A stretch of DNA of 41,125 nucleotides from Corallococcus exiguus. GTDB taxonomy: Bacteria > Myxococcota > Myxococcia > Myxococcales > Myxococcaceae. The position numbers and the translations under genes are program-made. The DNA lies in the NCBI RefSeq assembly GCF_013248915.1, contig NZ_JABNNE010000050.1. One strand, 5' to 3'. Shown here one piece after another: positions 1-9,638 of this stretch; the stretch's first letter is position 1, and each line of letters starts with the position of its first letter. The notes beneath the pieces were generated by a model that was given only the letters and a program-made list of their open reading frames with translations, had not been told where the DNA came from and did no database searches.

Positions 1-36
1 GGCCATGACTCCCCCACCTTCTTTGGGGGGTGAACG

Positions 37-435
37 ATGAAGCGAGGCCATTGGAGAGGTGCCTGGGGGCTGGCTGCCGCGCTGCTCGGGCTTCCGGCGG
101 TGGGGCAGATGGAAGGCCCACCCGAGGGTGCGTCGCAATACTCCTGCTTCGAAGCGGCGCGCCAGGGCAGCTCGGTGAGCGAGAGCATCGCGGCGCAGCT
201 CTGCCAGGGTGCCCGTTCCGACACCCCGGCACGGTGCTTCCTCCGGGTGCAGGAGAAAGGCTTCCTCGCCGACCCGCAGGCGCTCCAGCTCTGCCAGTAC
301 GCCCAGCCCTCGGATGATCCCGCGGCCTGCTTCTTCAAGGCGCGGACCTCCTCGTTCCTGGACGAGACACAGCTCCTGGAGCTCTGCCGCCCGCCCATCG
401 CGCAGATGCTGAAGATGTGCCCCTACGGTCCGTGA
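37..435 (+). CDS. small secreted Cys-containing repeat protein (3 x ~30-aa repeats of pattern QLCQ..S(D)xPAxCF....FL)
   Basis: N-terminal hydrophobic signal-like segment (WGLAAALLGLPAVGQ); three internal repeats each with 2 Cys; function unknown. Confidence 0.5.
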   Translation: MKRGHWRGAWGLAAALLGLPAVGQMEGPPEGASQYSCFEAARQGSSVSESIAAQLCQGARSDTPARCFLRVQEKGFLADPQALQLCQYAQPSDDPAACFFKARTSSFLDETQLLELCRPPIAQMLKMCPYGP

Positions 436-453
436 GGCGTCAGGCCGTGGGGC

Positions 454-3138
454 TCACCGGGCGCGGAGGAACGCCTTGACGCTCGGGGACTGGAGCTTCT
501 GGGACTCGATGCACAGCCGGATGGACTCCAGGGCCCGGGTGAGCGCGCGCGGTCCGCCTTCAATCTTGTCCACGCGGGGCGTCAGGAACGTCTCCACCTG
601 CGCCAGGTGGATGTCATCGCAGAGGCTCCCCGTCTGGCCAATCAGCCGACCCAGCTCATCCGAACGCAGCCGCTGGGTCAGCGCATCGAAGTGCGTCTGA
701 TAGAAGTTCCACGCCAGCGACTGCGACTCCGGCAACATCAACGCCATCCGGAGGATGCTCTGCGAGTCCCGCACATCGAAGTCCGGCGACACCACGAGCC
801 CCAGCGCCCGCCACAACAGCTCCGGGTTCCGGAAGTAGCCCAGCGACATCAGCAGCCGGGAACGCTCGGTGCGGTCCTGTTCCTTCTTCGCCGCTTCCAG
901 CAGCGCGTCGAACAGCGCCGCATCGCCGTGCGTCGCCGCTCGGGGCAGCGCGGCACTGAACGCCTCCGGGTCCACCGACTTCCGGTCCGCCAGCCATGCG
1001 CGCACCAGGGGCAGCGCCTCCTTCACCAGCCGAGGGTCATCGCCCAGGCCACCGGCCAGCCGGAGGAACAGGGAGCGTGAATCCTTCACGGAGTCGTCCT
1101 CGCCCGGCTTCGGCACCCAGCCCATGGCCCGCGCACGTGCCGAGTAGAGCGAGGCCACCCACGCGCGGAAGCGCTGGCGCTCCTCGGGCGTGAGCTGATC
1201 CAGGCGCACGAGTTCCAGCAGCGAGGCGCCGCTCTGCACCACGAGCCGGTTCGTCGACTTCGCGGAGGCAGGCACCGCCTTCAGCGCCTCCCCCAGCGGC
1301 AGGTCGCCCCGGCTCACCGCCGCATCCACATCCGCCCAGAGCGCCATCTGCTCCGCGGGAGTGAAGGCCGCGACCGGAGTCGCGAGCAGCTTCGTCAACT
1401 GCTCGCGGGTGTAACCGCCGCGGTAGTAACCCGTGCCGCCCGCGTTGAGCAGCACCCACGCCGGGCACTGCTTCGAGGGCAGCGCGACCTCCGTCGAGGG
1501 CCCCTGCACCATCGAGCACACCCGCGACGACTGCGTGCCCGTGCCCACGCGAAGACACACGGGCACCTGCCATTCCTGCCGCGAGTCCGCCTTGGAGCCC
1601 ACGGGCAGGTACCGCTCCTGCGACAGCTTCACGGACGGAGCGCCGCCCGCCGGGCACGACAGCTGCGCGGTGATCCGAGGCGCCCCGCTCCGCTCGATGA
1701 ACCCGCCTAAGGATTGCGCCACCTCCGGTCCCGCCGCCTGGGACAGGTCCGCGAGGAAGTCCTCCATCGTCGCGACCTTCCACTCGTGCTTGCGGACATA
1801 GCCCCGGAGGAAGTCGCGGAAGCGCTCCGGTCCCATCCAGGCCTCGTACATGGCGATGACGGACGAGCCCTTGTCATACGTCGTCCCGTTGTCGAACGAG
1901 CCCACGATGTCGTCATTGCTCTCCACCGGCTTGCGAACGGGCAGCGCCGACGCCAGCTCATCCGACGCCAGGGCGGAGCGGGTCGCGGACATGGCGCGCT
2001 CCTGCTGGTAGTCCCAGGACGGCTCCAGCCGGTCCACGGTCTGCCGGTCCAACCACGCGGTGAAGGACTCGTTCAGCCAGATGTCGTTCCACCAGGAGCA
2101 GGTGACGACGTCCCCGAACCAGTAGTGCCCCAGCTCATGGTTGGCGATGACCGCGTACGACTTGCGGCGGGCCAGCGTCTCCTCGCCGGGCGGAATGAGC
2201 GTGAGCGGCTGTCCGAGCGCGACGATGCCCGGGTGCTCCATGGTGCCCCAGTACCGGGGCACGACCGCCACATCGAGCTTCTCGTACGGATACGGCTGGT
2301 CGAAGAAGTCCTCCAGGCCCTTCACGATGCGAGGCGTGATGCTCGCGGCGTAGCGCGTCTCCGCGCCCCGGCCCTTGGGGACGATGAAGCGCAGCGGCAC
2401 GTTCGTGCGTCCCACGGTGCCGGCCTCGACGATGTCGAACGGCCCCACCATGAAGGCCACGAGGTAGCTGGGCATCGGCTTGCTCTCCGCGAAGGTGACG
2501 CGCTCCAGTCCGTCCGCCAGAGGCTCGCGCGACACGACGGGATGGTTGGCCAGCGCCACGTGTCCGGCCTTCACGGTGAAGCGCAGGCGCCACGGCACCT
2601 TGAAGGTCGGCTCGTCGAAGCACGGGAAGGCGCGGCGCGCGTCGATGGGTTCGAAGAACGTGTAGAGGTAGGGCTCACCGCCCTCCTCCACCCCGTAGAT
2701 GCCCTGGCTGCGCTCGCGGTCCACCTTGCCGGTGAAGTCGAGCAGGAGCTGGGCCTTGCCCACCGGCAGTTCCTCCGGCAGCAGCAATCCCAGACGTCCT
2801 TCGGGCGCGGTGACAGGCTTCGCATCGAACGTGCGACCCGCCACGGTGACACGAGCCCGCGTCACGTCCACGTCCTGCGCATGCAGCCACACCTGGCGCA
2901 CGGGCTCGCGGACCTCCACGTCGATGGTGACGCTGCCCGGGTACGTGTCCTCCGAGGGCACGAGCTTCAGATCCAGCGCGTAGTGCACGGGCCGAACGGT
3001 GTCCGGCAGCCGCAGCGCGGGGGGCAGGGCCTCCGGCCACGAAACGGAGGGCGGCGCGGATGCAGTCGGCGCGGCCTCCGGCGCGTGGGCGCAGCGGACG
3101 GTCAACACCACCAGGGCGAGGAGTGGGAGCAGTCGCAT
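454..3138 (-). CDS. pepN: M1-family zinc aminopeptidase (aminopeptidase N-like), secreted
   Basis: Signal peptide MRLLPLLALVVLTVRCAHA; GAMEN-like exopeptidase motif (WGTMEHPG); HEXXH-X18-E zinc site (HELGHYWFGD...WLNESFTAW); ERAP1-like C-terminal helical domain. Confidence 0.85.
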   Translation of the reverse strand: MRLLPLLALVVLTVRCAHAPEAAPTASAPPSVSWPEALPPALRLPDTVRPVHYALDLKLVPSEDTYPGSVTIDVEVREPVRQVWLHAQDVDVTRARVTVAGRTFDAKPVTAPEGRLGLLLPEELPVGKAQLLLDFTGKVDRERSQGIYGVEEGGEPYLYTFFEPIDARRAFPCFDEPTFKVPWRLRFTVKAGHVALANHPVVSREPLADGLERVTFAESKPMPSYLVAFMVGPFDIVEAGTVGRTNVPLRFIVPKGRGAETRYAASITPRIVKGLEDFFDQPYPYEKLDVAVVPRYWGTMEHPGIVALGQPLTLIPPGEETLARRKSYAVIANHELGHYWFGDVVTCSWWNDIWLNESFTAWLDRQTVDRLEPSWDYQQERAMSATRSALASDELASALPVRKPVESNDDIVGSFDNGTTYDKGSSVIAMYEAWMGPERFRDFLRGYVRKHEWKVATMEDFLADLSQAAGPEVAQSLGGFIERSGAPRITAQLSCPAGGAPSVKLSQERYLPVGSKADSRQEWQVPVCLRVGTGTQSSRVCSMVQGPSTEVALPSKQCPAWVLLNAGGTGYYRGGYTREQLTKLLATPVAAFTPAEQMALWADVDAAVSRGDLPLGEALKAVPASAKSTNRLVVQSGASLLELVRLDQLTPEERQRFRAWVASLYSARARAMGWVPKPGEDDSVKDSRSLFLRLAGGLGDDPRLVKEALPLVRAWLADRKSVDPEAFSAALPRAATHGDAALFDALLEAAKKEQDRTERSRLLMSLGYFRNPELLWRALGLVVSPDFDVRDSQSILRMALMLPESQSLAWNFYQTHFDALTQRLRSDELGRLIGQTGSLCDDIHLAQVETFLTPRVDKIEGGPRALTRALESIRLCIESQKLQSPSVKAFLRAR

Positions 3139-3300
3139 GGGGGCGCAGCGTAGACCATGCGCGGGTCGTGCACCGCGCCTACGTCTCGGCTCGCACCCAC
3201 CGCATTCTCGAGATGTCTCCTACCCGTGAATCGGTGCTTTCAACCCCGCGAGCCGCTACGGTCCTGATCCCCCCGCATCACCCTCTAGCCGAGGATAAAC

Positions 3301-4191
3301 ATGTTTCGTCGCAGCAGCGATCTTCCCTCCCTCTTCGTGTCCCTGCTTTTCGTCGTGGGCTTCGCGTCGTCGGCCAGCGCTGACACCTACCAGACCTATG
3401 TGACGCCCACGGTCAATGGCTATCAGATTGGCACGTACCTCCCCAACCAGCCCACCGGGAACTTCAGCAGCGCCGCCGACACCGCCCGCCGCTTCTGTCA
3501 GGACCAGGGCCACAGCGGCGCGCAAAGCTTCACCACCGCCATCCGTGGCTCCGCCTACTCGTTCATCGTGGGTACGAATGGCGTGGGCAACTGGGGCACC
3601 ACCGGCAATTCCAACGTGACCATGCTGGAGACCGTCACCTGCTTCACCTCCAACTCGGGCGTCACCTACACGACGCCCGCGGTCAATGGCTATCAGATTG
3701 GCACGTACCTCCCCAACCAGCCCACCGGGAACTTCAGCAGCGCCGCCGATACCGCCCGCCGCTTCTGCCAGGACCAGGGCCACACCGGCGCGAGCAGCTT
3801 CACCACCGCCATCCGTGGCTCCGCCTACTCATTCGTCGTGGGCACGAACGGCGTGGGCAACTGGGGCACCACCGGCAATTCCAACGTGACCATGCTGGAG
3901 ACCATCACCTGCTTCGACGCGACGGTGCTCACGTACACGACGCCAACGGTCAACGGCTACCAGATCGGCACCGTCCAGCCCAACTTCCCGTCCGGCAACT
4001 ACAGCACCCCGGCGGCTACCGCCCGCCGCTTCTGCCAGGACCAGGGCCATGTCAACGCGAGCAACTTCACCATCGCCATCCGCGGCTCCGCCTACTCGTT
4101 CATCGTGGGCACGAACGGCGTGGGCAACTGGGGCACCACCGGCAATTCCAATGTGACCATGCTCGAAACGGTCACCTGCATCACGCAGTAA
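3301..4191 (+). CDS. secreted protein composed of three tandem ~90-aa repeats (2 Cys per repeat), unknown function
   Basis: Signal peptide (LFVSLLFVVGFASSASA); repeat unit TPTVNGYQIGTYLPNQPTGNFSSAADTARRFCQDQGH...NWGTTGNSNVTMLETVTC occurs 3 times; RBS GAGGA upstream of ATG. Confidence 0.7.
   Translation: MFRRSSDLPSLFVSLLFVVGFASSASADTYQTYVTPTVNGYQIGTYLPNQPTGNFSSAADTARRFCQDQGHSGAQSFTTAIRGSAYSFIVGTNGVGNWGTTGNSNVTMLETVTCFTSNSGVTYTTPAVNGYQIGTYLPNQPTGNFSSAADTARRFCQDQGHTGASSFTTAIRGSAYSFVVGTNGVGNWGTTGNSNVTMLETITCFDATVLTYTTPTVNGYQIGTVQPNFPSGNYSTPAATARRFCQDQGHVNASNFTIAIRGSAYSFIVGTNGVGNWGTTGNSNVTMLETVTCITQ
3387..4188 (+). repeat. 3 x ~270-bp tandem direct repeat inside the CDS (units 1 and 2 ~97% identical at DNA level, unit 3 ~80%)
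   Basis: Off-frame ORFs 3416..3619 and 3686..3889 translate to near-identical peptides, confirming DNA-level identity of units 1 and 2. Confidence 0.75.
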
Positions 4192-4204
4192 CCGACAGTC
4201 CGGG

Positions 4205-4230
4205 GACCGGGGCTCCTCGCGGCCCCGGTC
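4205..4230 (+). terminator. GC hairpin downstream of repeat-protein gene (stem gaccggggc / gccccggtc, 8-nt loop)
   Basis: Perfect 9-bp inverted repeat 14 nt after the TAA stop, followed by a weak T-rich stretch (tgtcttcc). Confidence 0.4.
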
Positions 4231-4283
4231 CACCGGGTGTCTTCCAGATGCACGCGGCGGTGGAGTGGGTCAGGATGCGGCCC

Positions 4284-5105
4284 ATGTCCAACCTCCAAGG
4301 CAAGACCCTCTTCATCACCGGCGCCAGCCGCGGCATCGGCAAGGCCATCGCGCTGCGTGCGGCCCGCGACGGCGCAAACATCGTCATCGCCGCGAAAACC
4401 ACGGACCCGCACCCCAAGCTGCCCGGCACCATCTACACGGCGGCGAAGGAGATTGAAGAGGCCGGCGGCAAGGCCCTCCCCTGCGTGGTGGACATCCGCG
4501 ACGAGGCGCAGATCCACGCCGCCGTCGCCAAGGCCGTGGAGACCTTCGGCGGCATCGACATCCTGGTGAACAACGCCAGCGCCATCAGCCTCACCGGCAC
4601 CCTGGAGACGCCGCTCAAGCGCTTCGACCTGATGCACGGCATCAACACGCGCGGCACCTTCGCGTGCTCGCAGGCGTGCATCCCGTACCTCAAGAAGTCC
4701 TCCAACCCGCACATCCTCAACAACTCGCCGCCGCTCAACATGGAGCCGCGCTGGTTCGGCCCCCACGTGGCCTACACCATCGCGAAGTACGGCATGAGCC
4801 TGTGCGCGCTGGGCATGGCGGAGGAGCTCAAGGACGACGGCATCGCCGTCAACACGCTGTGGCCCCGCACCGTCATCGCCACCGCCGCCGTGCAGAACCT
4901 GCTGGGCGGCGACGACACCATCAAGGGCAGCCGCACGCCGGAGATCATGGCCGACGCCGCCTACACCATCCTCACCAAGCCCAGCCGCTCCTTCACCGGC
5001 AACTTCTGCATCGACGATGAAGTGCTGCGCGCCGCCGGCGTCACCAACCTGGACAAGTACCAGTCCGTCCCCGGCGCGGAGCTGCTGCCCGACTTCTTCC
5101 TCTAG
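4284..5105 (+). CDS. short-chain dehydrogenase/reductase (SDR) family oxidoreductase
   Basis: TGASRGIGKAIA Rossmann motif; YxxxK catalytic motif (YTIAKYG); likely true start at MSNLQGKTLFITGAS (4284) rather than the track's 4248. Confidence 0.8.
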   Translation: MSNLQGKTLFITGASRGIGKAIALRAARDGANIVIAAKTTDPHPKLPGTIYTAAKEIEEAGGKALPCVVDIRDEAQIHAAVAKAVETFGGIDILVNNASAISLTGTLETPLKRFDLMHGINTRGTFACSQACIPYLKKSSNPHILNNSPPLNMEPRWFGPHVAYTIAKYGMSLCALGMAEELKDDGIAVNTLWPRTVIATAAVQNLLGGDDTIKGSRTPEIMADAAYTILTKPSRSFTGNFCIDDEVLRAAGVTNLDKYQSVPGAELLPDFFL

Positions 5106-5119
5106 CGCGTCTTGGCCCC

Positions 5120-6040
5120 ATGCCCCCGCGCAAGCTCCAGCGACATCTGGTCTGGCTCGAGTCCTTCACCGCCGCCGTGGAGGCCGGCAGCATCGACGCC
5201 GCCGCGGAGCACCTGGGCGTCGCCCGCTCCGTCGTGAGCGAGCACATCCGCGCCCTGGAGGAAGCGCTCGCGGATGGCGCCGCCCTGCTGGAGCGGGGGC
5301 CGGGCCGGCGCCTGCAACTGTCCGCGCGTGGAGAGCGCCTCTACGCGGGCACCCAGACGCCGCTGCACCAGCTGGACGTGAAGCGGCTGATGGACCTGGC
5401 CCGCGTGGAGCCCACCCTGCGCCTGGGCCTCAACCCCACGCTGTCCATGTCGCTGTTGGGCGGCATCGCGCAGGACGCCGCCGCCGCCGACCTCAAGCTG
5501 GTGGTGGGCTTCGGCGGCTCGCACGAGCTCATGCGGCAGGTGCAGACGCGGCAGCAGGACCTGGCGCTCGACTTCACCCCCCTGCCCCCGCACGAGGGCG
5601 TGGACACCGAGTCCCTGCTGCGCATGTCCTTCGTCGTCATCGCGGGCCCGGACTCCGCGCTCGCCCGGACGCACACCTCCCGCCGCTCCCTGGACGTGAA
5701 GGACCTCCAGGATCAGCGTTTCGTGGACTGGCTGCGGGACGACCCCTACGGCGGCGCCAACAGCGCGCGCTTCGCAGCGCACGGCGTCTCCGTCACCGAG
5801 GTCGGCCGGGTGGAGAGCTTCCTCCACCTCTACGAGCTGCTGCGCGCGTACAAGGCCTGCACCATCGCCCCGGACGTGCGCCCCACCCAGCCGTTCCCCG
5901 CGGATCTCCACGTCTGGCCCCTGCGCGAATTGGAGCCCCAGGTCGTGGAGGTGGTGGCCGTCTGGCCCTCTGGCGGCCTCAGCCCCGCCGTCCAGGCCAT
6001 CCTCGACGGGGTGCGTCGCCGCTTGAACAAACGACGATAA
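5120..6040 (+). CDS. LysR-family transcriptional regulator
   Basis: N-terminal wHTH (LVWLESFTAAVEAGSIDAAAEHLGVARSVVSEHIRALEEAL) and C-terminal substrate-binding-like domain; located immediately upstream of the hydroxylase gene. Confidence 0.8.
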   Translation: MPPRKLQRHLVWLESFTAAVEAGSIDAAAEHLGVARSVVSEHIRALEEALADGAALLERGPGRRLQLSARGERLYAGTQTPLHQLDVKRLMDLARVEPTLRLGLNPTLSMSLLGGIAQDAAAADLKLVVGFGGSHELMRQVQTRQQDLALDFTPLPPHEGVDTESLLRMSFVVIAGPDSALARTHTSRRSLDVKDLQDQRFVDWLRDDPYGGANSARFAAHGVSVTEVGRVESFLHLYELLRAYKACTIAPDVRPTQPFPADLHVWPLRELEPQVVEVVAVWPSGGLSPAVQAILDGVRRRLNKRR

Positions 6041-6096
6041 TCCGACGAAGACGTCGAATTCTGCCGGATTTCCGTCTTGCAGTGGGGTGCGTATTC

Positions 6097-6120
6097 TTCA
6101 GGAGTCCTGCATCTCCTGAA
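6097..6120 (+). promoter_or_regulatory. perfect dyad TTCAGGAG-N8-CTCCTGAA overlapping the RBS (GAAGGAG) of the hydroxylase gene
   Basis: 8-bp inverted repeat seen directly; placed between the LysR gene and the ATG at 6134; candidate LysR-type operator or translational hairpin. Confidence 0.3.
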
Positions 6121-6133
6121 GGAGCCGCTCGCG

Positions 6134-7729
6134 ATGACGCCCACGGAACGGACCATTGCCCGCCTTCCCGCCCACCTGCGCCGCTACGTGGTGGGCCAGG
6201 ACTACGCGGCGTACACGCCCAGGGATCAGGCGGTGTGGCGGCACATCCTGGGGCAGCTGCGCGAGCACCTGAGCGACAAGGCGCACCCCGTCTACCTGGA
6301 GGGCCTGGAGGCCACGGGCATTGGCGCGGAGGCCATCCCCAGCCTGGACGAGATGAACGAGAAGCTGTCCCAGCTGGGCTGGTCCTGCGTGGCGGTGCGC
6401 GGCTTCATCCCGCCGGCCGTCTTCACGGAGCTGCAGGCGCTGGGCGTGCTGGCCATCGCGGCGGACATCCGCACGCACGAGCACATCCAGTACACGCCCG
6501 CGCCGGACATCGTCCATGAGAGCGCGGGCCACGCGCCCATCATCGCGAACGCGCGGTACGCCCAGTACCTCAAGGCCGTGGGGCTGGTGGGCTTCAAGGC
6601 CATCGCCAGCGTGGAGGACCAGGCCGTCTTCGAGGCCATCCGCAACCTCTCCGTGGTGAAGGAGGACCCCACCGCGACGGAGGAGGAGATCGCCCACGCC
6701 CAGGCCCGCCTGGAGGCCGCCAACGCCAGCCACCGCTACATCAGCGAGAGCACCCGCGCGAGCCGCCTGTACTGGTGGACCGCGGAGTACGGGCTGATTG
6801 GCGACCTGAAGCACCCGCGCATCTACGGCGCGGGCCTGCTGTCCAGCATCGGCGAGGCCCGGCACTGCCTGACGTCCGCCGTGCACAAGCTGCCCCTGGG
6901 CGTGGCGTGCGCGGACACGGACTACGACATCACCCGCATGCAGCCGCAGCTCTTCGTGGCGCGCGACTTCGAGCACCTCTTCGAAGTCCTGTCCGAGTTC
7001 GAGTCCACGCTCGCGTGGAAGCGCGGCGGAGACCTGGGCCTGAACGAGGCGCTGCGCGCGCGCACGGTCAACCACCTGGTGCTCGCGGACGGCCGCGAGG
7101 TGACGGGCAAGGTGGTGGAGCTGCTGCCCGCCGCGAAGGACGTGGCCCCGGGCCTGTCCACCGCGCTGGCCCGGCTGGAGGGCCCCATCCTCACGTCCAT
7201 GAACGGGCACGCCCTGGACAAGCCGTTCAGCGGCGCGGCGCTGGTCGCCTTTGGCCAGGGCACCCTGCCGGAGCGCGGGAACTTCACGCTCACGCTCGAC
7301 AGCGGGCTGGTGCTGGAGGGCTTCGCGGTAGGTGGCGGAGAAGTGATTGCCCTGCGCGGCACGCTGGCCGGCCAGGAGCTGACGCTGCCGTCCATGGCGC
7401 GCCTGTACCTGACGGAGCGGCTGCCGTCCGTGGCGGGCGGCCCCGCCGACCCGGGCACGTGGGACGAGTGGTTCGGGGAAATGGACGCCTTCACCGCGGG
7501 CGACGGCGAGGCCCAGGCGCGCGAGCGCAAGGCGCAGGCCCTGCCCGCGTCGCTGGCCGCCCTCTACACGGAGGTGCGCCGCATCCGCGAGACGGGGCAG
7601 CTGGCCGCCGAGCGGCTGGAGCAGATCGCCCGCGCGTCCACGGACTTCCCCACCGACTGGCTCCTGCGCGCCGAGGTCGCGGAGCTGCGCGGCGAGGTGC
7701 CCGCGCGGCGCGAGGCGGCGCAGGCGTAG
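6134..7729 (+). CDS. phhA: aromatic amino-acid hydroxylase (phenylalanine-4-hydroxylase family), long form with ~250-aa C-terminal extension
   Basis: Iron-ligand motifs PDIVHESAGHAP (HxxxxH) and YWWTAEYGL (Glu ligand); YGAGLLSSIGE; co-linear with eukaryotic PAH catalytic core; start moved to MTPTER (RBS GGAG 9 nt upstream). Confidence 0.75.
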   Translation: MTPTERTIARLPAHLRRYVVGQDYAAYTPRDQAVWRHILGQLREHLSDKAHPVYLEGLEATGIGAEAIPSLDEMNEKLSQLGWSCVAVRGFIPPAVFTELQALGVLAIAADIRTHEHIQYTPAPDIVHESAGHAPIIANARYAQYLKAVGLVGFKAIASVEDQAVFEAIRNLSVVKEDPTATEEEIAHAQARLEAANASHRYISESTRASRLYWWTAEYGLIGDLKHPRIYGAGLLSSIGEARHCLTSAVHKLPLGVACADTDYDITRMQPQLFVARDFEHLFEVLSEFESTLAWKRGGDLGLNEALRARTVNHLVLADGREVTGKVVELLPAAKDVAPGLSTALARLEGPILTSMNGHALDKPFSGAALVAFGQGTLPERGNFTLTLDSGLVLEGFAVGGGEVIALRGTLAGQELTLPSMARLYLTERLPSVAGGPADPGTWDEWFGEMDAFTAGDGEAQARERKAQALPASLAALYTEVRRIRETGQLAAERLEQIARASTDFPTDWLLRAEVAELRGEVPARREAAQA

Positions 7730-7767
7730 GGCCCGTCGCTTCGAATCCCGGACGGATGACGCGCAAC

Positions 7768-7801
7768 GGCCCGGTCGACCTCTTCACGAGGTCGCCGGGC
7801 C
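7768..7801 (+). terminator. hairpin between convergent hydroxylase and LysM-peptidase genes (ggcccggtcgacctc / gaggtcgccgggcc)
   Basis: 14/15-bp inverted repeat with 5-nt loop in the 100-bp convergent intergenic region. Confidence 0.45.
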
Positions 7802-7831
7802 GAATCACTTCCAGGGCTTTCGCCGCCGGGG

Positions 7832-9556
7832 CTACTTGTTGATGCGCACCATGGCCACGTCGTAGTGGCGCTCGGTCACGTAGCCGTTCGCGGCCTTGCC
7901 GGGGCGGTACATGTTCCCGGTCTTGTCATCCACGTAGAAGCGGTTGTTCGGGTTCGTGTCCTTGCCCGTGCTGGCGTTCTTCGTGCCCGGGTCGTGGAAC
8001 GTGTAGTAGGTGCGGCCCTTGTCGTCGACGCCGCGGCCCGTGATGGTCACGAAGTGGTCCGTGAGGCCGTCCGCGTTGTAGCTCGCGTCCTTGTGGCTCA
8101 CGCCCACGACCACCGGCTTGCCGGCCTCCAGCTGCTTGTCGATGTAGCTGCGCCCCTCGGCGGCCTTCTTCGAGTCCACGTTGAGCGCGCCGACGCCGTT
8201 CTCGCTCTTGCCCACCTGGATGCGGCGGTCCGGGCCCAGCACGGTCGCGCCGGAGTCACGCGCCATCGCCGTCGCGGCCTTGAAGCACGCCGTGTCGCTC
8301 GCGGTGTAGCCGTGGCCGTTCTCGAACTGGCTGTAGTACGGCACCTTCACGTGCACCGCCGGCTTGTCCTTGGACGGGGCCACCTGCTCCGTGTTCGCGG
8401 GAGCCGCCTCCGTGGTGGGCTTGGAGGTGTTCGTGCCCTGCGTCGTGGGCTTGCCTTCCGTGGTGCCCGGCTTCGAGCCGTTGTTCACGGACGGGGGAAC
8501 CACGCCCGTGTTGGTGTTGGCCGGCTTCGTCGTGGTGCCCGACTTCTCCTGCTTCAGCATCGCGAGGGCGTCCTTCGCCTCCGACTTGAAGCGGTTGGCC
8601 ACGCCCTTCTGCACGTCCTTGGAGCTGCCGGAGAAGTGCACCAGGGTGCCGCTGGCGTTGGTGCGGCCGCGCTCGGCGTAGATGTCCTTGATGAGCTGCT
8701 CGTCGCTCACCTTCGCGGGGTCGCGCCCGTTGAGCGCCTTCTTGAAGATGTCATCCGCCTTGCCCGGGCCGTGCTGCACGGAGGTGGACCAGGCCACGTC
8801 CCGCAGCGCCGCGGAGCGCTTGTCCAGGTCGATGCCCGTCGCCTTCTTGATGTTGGCGGCGCCCGCGTCGTAGTGCGTGGTCTTGATGTAGTCGTGCTGC
8901 GCCTTGTCGAAGCCCTTCGGGTCCTTCGCCGCCAGCTGCTTCCACGCGGCGGAGAACTCCGCGGTGCCCGGCTTGCTGCCCGACAGCGCCTTGTGGAAGT
9001 CCGGGTTCGTCTTCTTCAGCGAGTTGACGAACGACTGCGCGGACCCGTTCGCGGAGGCGAACTGGTAGGAGCCGTAGGACACGCCGCCCTTGTCACCCTT
9101 GCCCGTGGACACGGTGCCGGGGCCGCGCGCCTCGTACTTGCGGCTCAGCCCGCCCAGCTCCCCGTTGGTCGCGCTGCTGGAGTTCGTGTTCGCGGCGGGC
9201 GTGGTCGCCTTCGCGCCGTCCGTGGACTGCGTGAAGCTGTCGCCCGACGTCTTCGTCCCCGCGCTCGACTTGTTGGTGCCCTTCGTGTCGAAGCCGTCCT
9301 GCACCTTCAGCGTCTGGCCAGCCAGGATCTTGTTCGGATCCTTGATGTTGTTCGCCTTGGCCAGCGCGTCAACGGTCGTGTTGTAGCGCTTCGCGAGGCC
9401 GGAAAGCGTGTCGCCCGAATTGACGCGGATGTTGGAGACGGTCACGGAGAAGACCCCTCTATGTCTGGCCGCGACCAAAGGCGCCGCGGACGTGCTTGGA
9501 TTGCCCGGATTATCGAAAGGCAATGTGATCAGTTTCGCATTCCCAGTCACAATCAT
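7832..9556 (-). CDS. LysM domain + central unknown domain + C-terminal C39-like (papain-fold) cysteine peptidase; putative cell-wall-targeting hydrolase
   Basis: LysM near N-terminus ([48 protein letters not shown]); C-terminal VPYYSQ...[12 protein letters not shown]...[10 protein letters not shown] matches Peptidase_C39-like YYxQ/Cys/His pattern; Thr/Ser/Asn/Pro-rich linkers; no obvious signal peptide. Confidence 0.7.
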   Translation of the reverse strand: MIVTGNAKLITLPFDNPGNPSTSAAPLVAARHRGVFSVTVSNIRVNSGDTLSGLAKRYNTTVDALAKANNIKDPNKILAGQTLKVQDGFDTKGTNKSSAGTKTSGDSFTQSTDGAKATTPAANTNSSSATNGELGGLSRKYEARGPGTVSTGKGDKGGVSYGSYQFASANGSAQSFVNSLKKTNPDFHKALSGSKPGTAEFSAAWKQLAAKDPKGFDKAQHDYIKTTHYDAGAANIKKATGIDLDKRSAALRDVAWSTSVQHGPGKADDIFKKALNGRDPAKVSDEQLIKDIYAERGRTNASGTLVHFSGSSKDVQKGVANRFKSEAKDALAMLKQEKSGTTTKPANTNTGVVPPSVNNGSKPGTTEGKPTTQGTNTSKPTTEAAPANTEQVAPSKDKPAVHVKVPYYSQFENGHGYTASDTACFKAATAMARDSGATVLGPDRRIQVGKSENGVGALNVDSKKAAEGRSYIDKQLEAGKPVVVGVSHKDASYNADGLTDHFVTITGRGVDDKGRTYYTFHDPGTKNASTGKDTNPNNRFYVDDKTGNMYRPGKAANGYVTERHYDVAMVRINK

Positions 9557-9578
9557 GTGAAACCAGTGATTCCAGCAA

Positions 9579-9614
9579 CTTCAGTTTCAACGGATCGATC
9601 CGCTGAGACTGAAG
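9579..9614. promoter_or_regulatory. nested dyad in divergent promoter region: CTTCAGT-N22-ACTGAAG enclosing the perfect palindrome GGATCGATCC
   Basis: Seen directly; lies ~25 bp upstream of both divergent start codons (9556 minus, 9639 plus). Confidence 0.3.
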
Positions 9615-9638
9615 AACCTGCCCAGGAGGACCAGTCCG

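Noticed and set aside
1714-3153. 479-aa ORF antisense to pepN (and similar antisense ORFs 6098..7210, 7865..9913, 11114..12349, 12118..13317, 12740..13927, 14780..15898, 26997..28214, 36572..37543, 38008..39339)
   Set aside because: All are Arg/Ala/Gly/His-rich low-complexity translations opposite genes with strong motif support. No RBS or signal features.
5017-6519. 500-aa plus-strand ORF overlapping the LysR regulator and hydroxylase genes in another frame (also 6775..7842)
   Set aside because: Low-complexity. The in-frame LysR HTH and hydroxylase iron-ligand motifs identify the real frames.
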